Notes under the pieces: model-generated | The model's database searches: none | What the model was told of the DNA's origin: nothing | Seen by the model: only the letters and a program-made list of their open reading frames with translations | Shown here: in pieces, positions 57,001-64,000 of the stretch | How positions within the stretch are numbered: the stretch's first letter is position 1 | Layout: each line of letters starts with the position of its first letter | Position numbers and translations under genes: made by a program | Assembly (NCBI RefSeq): GCF_009834535.1 | Contig: NC_045704.1 | Location: forward strand, 21,204,001-21,268,000 | Source of the DNA: Camelus ferus | Lineage: Eukaryota | Length of the DNA stretch: 64,000 bases | Reading direction: 5' to 3'

Positions 57001-60000
57001 TATTTAGTTCATTTTATAAAAAATTTTTAATTAAAAAAATTTTTAATTGTGGAAAGAAATATAAAATCTACCATATTAACCATTTTAAAGTCCATTAGTA
57101 TTAAGCATATTCACGTTGTTGTGCAACCCATCTCCAGAACTTTTTCATCTTGCAAAACTGAAACTCTGTACCCACTGAACGAGAACAGCCCCTGGCAACT
57201 ACCATCCTACCTTCTGTGAATCTGACTACTCTAGATAACTCATACAAGTGGAGTCATACAGTATTGGGGGGTTTTGTGACTGGTTTATTTCGCTTACCAT
57301 AATGTACTGAAGGTTCATCCACATTATAGCATGTGTCAAAACTACGTTCTTTTTAACGCTGAATAATATTTCATTGAATGTATATACCACATTTTGCTAA
57401 TCTATTCATTTGTTGATGGACCCTTAGGTTTCTTCCTACCTTTTGGCTATTGTAAATAATGCTATTAACAAGAGTGTGCAAATATCTCTTCAAGAAAGAC
57501 CCTGCTTTCAGTTTGGGGGGCCTATATCCAGAACTGGGATAGTTGGATCCTAAGGTAATTCTATTTTCAATTTTTTGAGGAACCATCATACTACTTTTCA
57601 GAGGCTGCTCCATTTTAGATTCCCACCAACAGTGCCCAGGGTTCCAGTTTCTGCACATCTTTGCCAACATTTGTTATTTTGTTTTTTTTAAATAGTAGCC
57701 ATTCTAATGGTTATGAGGTGATATCTGTGGTTTTGATTGGCATTTTCCTAATGGTAAATGATGTTGAGCATCTTTTCATATGCTAGTTTGCCATTGTATC
57801 ATTGGAGAAATATCCTATTCAAGTCCTTTTCCCCATTTTTTAATTGGGTTATTGTTTTTGTTGTTGTTGTTAAGTTGCTTAAAAACCTTTTAAGATGTGT
57901 TTTCAAGCATACACAAAAAATAGAGTTGTTTAAATGAATCCTCATGTATCCATTACTCAATTACACCAGTTGTCAACATTTTGCTAATCTTTTTCATATA
58001 CCTTCCTCCCACATATACCTTTAATGCAATATTTTAAAGTAAATTCCAGACATTAGGTATTTTATCCATAATTATTTCAGAATATTTTCCCAACAGATGA
58101 CTATTTTAGAAGCTTAAACCAATACAATTATCATGCATAGCAAAATCAATTTCTTGCAATTATCTAATAGCCAGTTCATGTTCAGTTTCCCCCAACTGTG
58201 TTAAAATGTCTTTTTGCAGAATAGTTTTTTGCAACCCCTGCCTTTGGGTTGATGTTTCTGAAATCTCTTTTAATCCATAATCCTACCCCTACTGCCATGA
58301 ATGTGGAGTCTTCCACATTCTAGGATTTGTCCAGTTTTGTAAACTGCTCCCTTAGGTTCATGTGGAGGAGCAGATTGGGGGCCCAGGGGTGGGAGGGAGA
58401 GTGGCAGTGGATAGGGAAACTAGGAAGGGACTGTTGCAAAAACCCACCCAGGAGAGGGACAGCCAGGGTGGGAGAGGTAGGCTGATGCCGGGTGTTTAAA
58501 AGATGGAGAGCCTAAGGAGTGGATGTGGGTAGGAGGTAAAGAGCCTGGTTGGGAAGCTGGGCCAGATTCTGGCTCAGGGGAGGCCGAGATTTGGAGTCCA
58601 TGGACCTCTGGTGTTTGTGGGGCGTGTCCGCAGCGAGGACCTGATATCGCTGACCCCGCCCCCCGGCAGGTTCCCACTGAAGGATGGCCCCCGGCTGCAG
58701 GCCTGGTTGAGGCACATGGGCCGGGAGCACTGGGTGCCCAGTTGCCATCAGCACCTGTGCAGCGAGCACTTCGCCCCCTCCTGCTTCCAGTGGCGCTGGG
58801 GTGTGCGCTACCTACGGCCAGATGCTGTGCCCTCCATTTTCTCCCGGGCGCCGCCCGCCAAGGTGAGTTCAGGGAGGTCCCGCTGCTGGAGTCTGATCCC
58901 CAGGCCGCCCCTCCTGCGGAAGTCCCTCCTGGAGTCTGACTCTCAGCCCTCCCTCCTAAGAGAAGTTCTTCCCTGAGGTCTAGCCTTACCGAGGGAAGTC
59001 CTTCCTGGAGTCTGACCCCGAACCCTCCTCTCCTGAGGAAATCTCCCCTGGAGCCCGGCTCTGATGTCCCCCACCCCCACCCCGTGCTTTGTCTTCCAGA
59101 GGCAGCAGAATGCTCGGAGCGCCGAGAAACCAGTCCTGCCTGCGCCTCCGCAGGAGGCCACGTCCAAGTCCCCTGGCTCAGCGGTCCCAGCGTCTGGCCC
59201 TGTACACCTTGTGGTGCTGGGGCCAGCATCCGGAGGCCCCGAGGCCCCCGCCACCGTGTTCCTGACGCCCCTGCCGGCTCCCAAGGGGCCGCGCCCTGGA
59301 GTCTCGGCCCAGCACCCCCGGGCGGGGCTGGGCGCGGCGCTGGGAGCGCTGCAGCGGCGGGTGCGGCGGCTCCAGCGGCGCCACGAGCGGCACCAGGCGC
59401 AGCTGCGGGCTCTGGAACAGCTGGCGCAGCAGCTGCGCGCCGAGAGCCTGCTGGCGCGCGCGCGCCGGGGCCTGCTGTGCGCGGTGAGTGCCCCCGCCTG
59501 GCCCACCCGCCTGCGGTCCCCTTTAAACCAGTACTTAGAACATTTCACTCGTCTTTCCAAATTTCACTCGTCTTTAGAACATTTAGAACATTTCACTCGT
59601 CTTTCCAAATTTCGGGCTTGAAAAAACCAATCTGGCAATGGCAAGCAACTATCGGTAGGAGCTGAGTAGTGGCCGCCCCGTTTATTAATAATAATATTTA
59701 AGAAGCCTTTATTTCTCTGGCCACAGTTAATAACTCATTGAAAGCTCTCCATGACCTTGATGTTGCTCTTGTGCCCATTTTCCAGATGAAAAAACCAAAG
59801 CACAGAGTGGTCCAGTAATTTGCCCAAAGTCAGTAAGTGGCAGAGCAGGGATTCAAACCCTGGTGTCTGGCTCCAGAGGAGGCCTGTGCTTTTCTCTTGG
59901 AGCGCTCCCTGCCTGGCAGGTAAAGAACTTGAGTTTGCAACTCTATCCTAGTCTTCCAGGCCAGATCTAAGGCCCCTTTGCCCCTATATTTTACTGCTGA

Positions 60001-61070
60001 GTATTTTCCAGGGCTGGGGGTTGGGGGGATCATGTGTTTAAAAATCAAAGTTTAACCAGGCATGTTCCCTGCTTCAAACTCCAGGGTCAAGCTTGAGGTC
60101 CCAGGTCCCAGGTCCCAGGTTCCTGCCGGGACAAGGGAGGTGGGAGGGGGTTTCAGAAAGCCCCTGAGGTCCCTTGGTAGCTGACACCAGTGGGTTGGAC
60201 CTAGCCCACAGACATGAATTATTTGGCCTCTACAATGCTTTAAAATATTTTCTGGTCTTTCCTGAAGGCTCAGCAGACCTAGCAGCAGGGGGTTCCTATC
60301 CCCAGATAGTAGCAGTCAGCTGGAGCTGCAGTGGCTGCCCCTGGAGACCGGGGCCTGAACCATGCTGGGGCACAAGAGGGACACACAGTGGGGCGAGGAC
60401 AGAACTCAGACCCAGGCCTGGGGCTCTTCACCGAGCCTGCTGGGGCCCCTGGGCTGACAGCGTCTTTCTCTGCCTCCCCTGCCCCCATTCCATCCCTGTC
60501 TCCCCAATCTCTTCCTCTCTCCCCCACATTCACCTTTGTCTTTCTGCCCCCCCATCTCTCTGTCATCCATTTATCTTCCCCCTTCCCCATGTCTCTCTTC
60601 TTCTGTATCTTTGTCTCATATCTATGTCCCTGTCTCTCTGTGCCTACATTTCTCCCATGCCCCATATCTCTCTCTCCCTGTCTTTGTCCCCCCACATCTC
60701 TCTCCCTGTTTTCCCACACCCCTTAATTCCCTCCTGAGTGTCTCTCTGATTCTCACATCTCTTTCCTCACATCTCTTCTGTTTCCTGACACCCTCCCTTC
60801 CACCTCTACCTCTCTGTTTCTCACCACTTCTCCCCCTGCCAAACCTTTTCCTTCCCTCCTTCCCTCCTCTCACTCCCCTCGTTCCCCTGTGTCCTCCATC
60901 TCTACCACTTCTTTGCCTGGACGGCCTAGCACCCTGGACCTGAGGAATCCGAAGCCTTCACCATCATCTGTGGAGGGCCCGACATAGCTGTGGTCCTTGC
61001 CCAAGGTCCTGCACCTCCCACACTGGACACCAAGCTTGAGCTCCTGGACACTCAGACTCCCAGTGTATAA
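51042..61070 (+). CDS. THAP8: THAP domain-containing protein 8, complete, 4 exons, 266 aa
   Basis: Exons 51042-51124, 58670-58862, 59100-59483, 60930-61070; total 801 nt, no frameshift. THAP C2CH zinc finger (MPKYCRAPNC..FPLKDGPRLQAW..LCSEHF..LRPDAVPSIF), coiled coil (LQRRVRRLQRRHERHQAQL), C-terminus FTIICGGPDIAVVLAQ..ELLDTQTPSV*. Confidence 0.95.
51719..52276 (+). mobile_element. Possible solo ERV LTR in THAP8 intron 1
   Basis: TG...CA-bounded segment with AATAAA near its 3' end (ctggtaaataaaccg). No TSD identified, boundaries uncertain. Confidence 0.3.
52340..52850 (+). mobile_element. L2 3' remnant
   Basis: ccagggcctttgcctgtgccatttcctcagcctggaaag..ctagaatgtcagctccaggaaggcagggatttt..cagtgcctggcacatagtgg..tgaatg. 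Confidence 0.7.
55585..56257 (-). mobile_element. MLT1C-like MaLR LTR interrupted by a short L1 3' fragment (~55690-55890)
   Basis: tagttttctgtagctgctgttacaaa..gaaatcaaggtgtcagcaagg..catcactccaatctctgcttcc..cttataag..atttagggcc..attcacaggttccagggattaggatgtggatatc..ccaca matches the reverse MLT1C pattern. Confidence 0.75.
57040..57875 (-). mobile_element. Old L1 (L1MB-type) 3' end, antisense to THAP8
   Basis: catattcacgttgttgtgcaacc..ctcatacaagtggagtcatacagtatt..tttggctattgtaaataatgct..ttcccaccaacagtg; ORF 57371-57670 resembles the L1 ORF2 C-terminus (CWWESKMEQPL). Confidence 0.85.
59740..59875 (-). mobile_element. MIR SINE
   Basis: cccattttccagatgaaaaaaccaaagcacagag..tttgcccaaagtc..agtggcagagcagggattcaaaccc. 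Confidence 0.65.
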
Positions 61071-61399
61071 GCACCAGGACAGAGAATGTCGTGGGACAGA
61101 TGATAGAAGAGAGAGGAAGAGAGACGTGTCGCACATGGAATTGGCCCAGTCCCACCACCCATGCCGGGGGCATAGTAGTGCCTCCCTCCAGGGCCTGGCT
61201 CCCACCACCTCCTCTTATGAACCCCTTGCACCTACCTTAGGGCCAACCTGGGCCTAAGACCCGACCCCTGACAGCAGCGATTACATGGGTACCAGGTCCC
61301 TGCCAACCCCAGCTGGAATCTTTGCAGTCAGTAAAACATCCTCCCAGCAGAACAAGGGTTGAGTGTTTGGGGAGAGTTGTACCTGGTTTTGAAGAGCAC

Positions 61400-62340
61400 C
61401 TCATAACCTTTGCTGAGCCTGGTGCCAAGCTGGGGATACAGCAGTGAACACAGCTGACAAAAATCCTGTTCTCATGGTGCTCACATTCTGCTTGAGTAGA
61501 AGATGAACTAGTAAACTAATAAACAAGACAATTTCAGATTGCGATAAGTGCTATAAAGATGAATGAAAATATGGGCTGGGGGAGGGGGAGGACTGTCTAA
61601 GGAGACAGTGTTTGAGCGGAGACCGGGATGATGAGAAGGAACTGGCCTAGAAGTTCCAGGGAGAAGAACCCCTGCACATGCCCCAACATCTACGGTGTAA
61701 ACTGGGGAAGGGCAGCATTGCTATGGAGAACACTAAAGCAGGGAAGGAAGTGAGTGTGTCGGGGGGAGAGGGGGAGTTGGGATGCAATTTTTGATGGAGC
61801 AGAGAAGGTCTCATTGAAAAGGCACCAATAAGCAAAAACCTGAGAGGAGAAAAGGAACCAGGTATCTGGGGGCAGCACATTCCAGCAGAAGGAAGAGCCG
61901 GTGTGAAGGTACTGGGGTGAGGAGGAGCAAGTGAGGTCAGCGTGGTTAGAGTGGAGTGAGAGGAGGTGAGATTGGAGAGATAATGGGAAAGTTCATATAG
62001 GGTCTTGTGGGTTGTTGTTGGGAACATTGACTTTTACCTGGAGTAGGGTCCAGTAAGCAGATGCCTCAAGGAGGACGCTGATGTAAAAGGTGTTCCTAGG
62101 TACCTATAGCTGCATATAGGGTGGGCGTGGTGAGGAGGGAGCAGGGAGAACAGAGGAGGCTGCTGCCATAGTCCAGGTGGTAGAGGATGAAGGAAAGACC
62201 AGGATGAGGGCCTGGGGTTAGGGGTGAGGGATGAAATTCTGGAAATATTTTTGGTGGAGCTACTGGGCCTGCCCATTAGAAGGATGAGGGGTGGAAGGCA
62301 AAGTCAGCTGTTCTTGTTCAGTTTGGGAAGATTGTGGGCA
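61400..62340 (-). mobile_element. L2 remnant between THAP8 and CLIP3
   Basis: Reverse L2 motifs: ctggggatacagcagtgaacac..gtgctcacattc..gataagtgctata..aggaagagccggtgtgaaggt..agtgagaggaggtgagattggagag..gacttttacctggagt. Confidence 0.65.
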
Positions 62341-62479
62341 GTCCAGGCTACAGACAGCCAGATATGATAGCTAAGCCATGATGATGGAAACAAGAAAGCC
62401 TGGGCCCTGGGCTAGCTCCTGGAGGGCCTTCTAGGGGAGGGGTCCACTGGCAGATCGATCTATCCCCTAGACACCGCCA

Positions 62480-62640
62480 AAGCCATGTAGCATGGGGATT
62501 AAAAGCCCAGACTCTACAGCTAGGCCCCTTGGATTCAAGTCTTAACTCCATCACCTACTTGCTGTGTGCCCTTGGGCAAGTGGCTTAACTTCTCTGGGCC
62601 TGGTAAGTGCTGTGTGGGCACTATGAGATGATAATGACGA
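62480..62640 (+). mobile_element. MIR SINE
   Basis: attaaaagcccagactct..ggattcaagtc..cacctacttgctgtgtgcccttgggcaagtggcttaacttctctgggcct. Confidence 0.7.
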
Positions 62641-62949
62641 TGAAGCTGATTAGAGGAATCTCTACAGAATCATCTGAGACATCCCTTGTATAGGGCGAGC
62701 ACGGAGAGGGGATCAGGTCTGATATGTGAGGGAGATAAAATACCCATCACCATCACACACTTAGACCTCTACCCTAACTGGCCTTGTTCGGGGGCCCGCG
62801 GGAAGGCGCTATCACAGCGGGATGGGCAAAACGAACTGTACCCATTTTCCCATCCCTCTCTTTGCGCTCTGGCCCCTGCTTCATCTTTCTCCTGTCTCCA
62901 TGTCTCACATCCTTCTTCGTGGCCATTGCTTCTTCCTCTCCCCATCCTA

Positions 62950-63214
62950 GGTGTCTATCCCCTTTGCATCGCTGCCTCCAGCCCTTTCATCAATGCGACC
63001 AGCCTGGCGGTATCTCCGCCCCCGCGCCTGGTTGGGGGTGACACAGCGCATGCGCCTTCAGCGCCCCTCCCTCTCCACCCCCACCCCTCTTCGGCGTCTG
63101 GGCCTCGTCCCCTTCTCTCTGTCTCCTTCTCCCCCATCACTTCTCCCGGCACTGACACCCCATTACTCCAATTCCCCGGGTCTCAGCTTTGGTCTCCAGC
63201 CCCATCCACCCGAG
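62950..63214 (+). promoter_or_regulatory. CLIP3: Probable CLIP3 promoter and non-coding exon 1
   Basis: CpG-rich; GC box ~63016-63023, NRF1 motif GCGCATGCGC 63046-63055, strong donor GAG|GTAAGC after 63214; next acceptor cctag|G at 63529/63530. Start of exon not defined. Confidence 0.6.
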
Positions 63215-63588
63215 GTAAGCTGGGTAGAGGGAGGCCTGCGGAGAAGGGGAGGGGCAAAGCATCCTGCATCCTGAGATAAACAAACCCGGGGAGGGGGCGG
63301 CCTATACTGAGGGGCCTGACGCGGGAGAAGAATGGGAGACAGGACCGGGTAATGGAAGTGGTAGGCGTTGGACCCATATACCAGGGTCCTCTGATGGATG
63401 ACTGGCGTCTCTGTGATGCCCCCAAATCCAGAGCTGGGGGCGTGGGAGCCATCCGGAGCCCTGGAAGCGTCTGGGGTCTCAGATTCCGGAGACCGTGGGG
63501 CACCCTCTCTAGCTAACCTCTGCCCCTAGGATTTGCCTGACGGCTGCCCCCAACTCTGCTCCTGCCCCCCTGAGGGCCACCAAGGACC

Positions 63589-63751
63589 ATGACTAAGACA
63601 GATCCCGCCCCGATGGCCCCGCCGCTCAGGGCGGAGGAAGAAGAGGAGGAGGAGGATGAGCCTGTCCCGGAGCCCCCCAGCCCCACCCAGGAGCGCCGGC
63701 AGAAGCCTGTTGTGCACCCCTCGGCACCTGCCCCCCTCCCCAAGGACTATG
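63589..63751 (+). CDS. CLIP3: CAP-Gly domain linker protein 3 (CLIPR-59), first coding exon (gene continues beyond window)
   Basis: MTKTDPAPMAPPLRAEEEEEEEDEPVPEPPSPTQERRQKPVVHPSAPAPLPKDY + G|GTAACC donor (163 nt, phase 1). Expected neighbour of THAP8. Confidence 0.93.
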
Positions 63752-64000
63752 GTAACCACCCTCCCCACCCTGCAATATGGCCTGGAGCCTTGGGTGGCCA
63801 GGGAGGTTTGGCTGAACTCTGCTGGTGGAGATGGTGGGAGGATTCTGGAGCATTTGATGGTGGTCTGGAGGAGTCATGGCCCTTGGATCCCCACCCCCTT
63901 CATTAATTCATTGATTCACCCATTGGAGAATAGAATTGGGATAATCCTAATTTTTGATTCATGACACATCATTCAGTCATTTAGTCATTCAACATTTTTG

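Noticed and set aside
59535-59613. CRISPR-like repeat-spacer array
   Set aside because: Eukaryotic intron; only 2-3 overlapping copies with no unique spacers and no cas genes.
60925-60942. RE1/NRSE-like motif (CTAGCACCCTGGACCT) about 2 kb upstream of neuronal CLIP3
   Set aside because: Mismatches in both half-sites and overlap with the THAP8 acceptor and coding sequence explain it without REST binding.
60174-60943. 131-187 aa ORFs in THAP8 intron 3
   Set aside because: By-products of the stop-poor CT-rich low-complexity tract (Leu/Ser/Pro-rich on +, Arg/Glu/Gly-rich on -).
51042-61070. THAP8 as a P-element-like transposase
   Set aside because: Only the THAP DNA-binding domain and a coiled coil are present; no catalytic domain or terminal inverted repeats. 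It is a known host gene.

Overview
Mammalian genomic DNA, most likely a camelid (two Vic-1-like tRNA-derived SINEs), syntenic with human 19q13.12 in reverse orientation. Gene order: TBCB exon 1 (-), POLR2I complete (+), OVOL3 (-), WDR62 with 32 exons (-), THAP8 complete (+), CLIP3 first exons (+). There are two head-to-head CpG-island promoters (TBCB/POLR2I and WDR62/THAP8) and a very tight tail-to-tail POLR2I/OVOL3 junction. Introns contain L1, L2, MIR, MLT1 and lineage-specific SINE insertions. Exon-by-exon reconstruction shows seven single-base (+1) frameshifts, two in OVOL3 and five in WDR62, all in or next to short G/C runs; these most likely reflect assembly error, but OVOL3 inactivation needs checking. 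Five N-runs look like length-preserving masks rather than gaps. I found no evidence for a novel biological system; the best leads are the frameshifts, a duplicated L1-tail/LTR segment beside WDR62 exon 3, and several splicing oddities. Comparisons to human proteins and repeat consensuses are from memory, not from a search.
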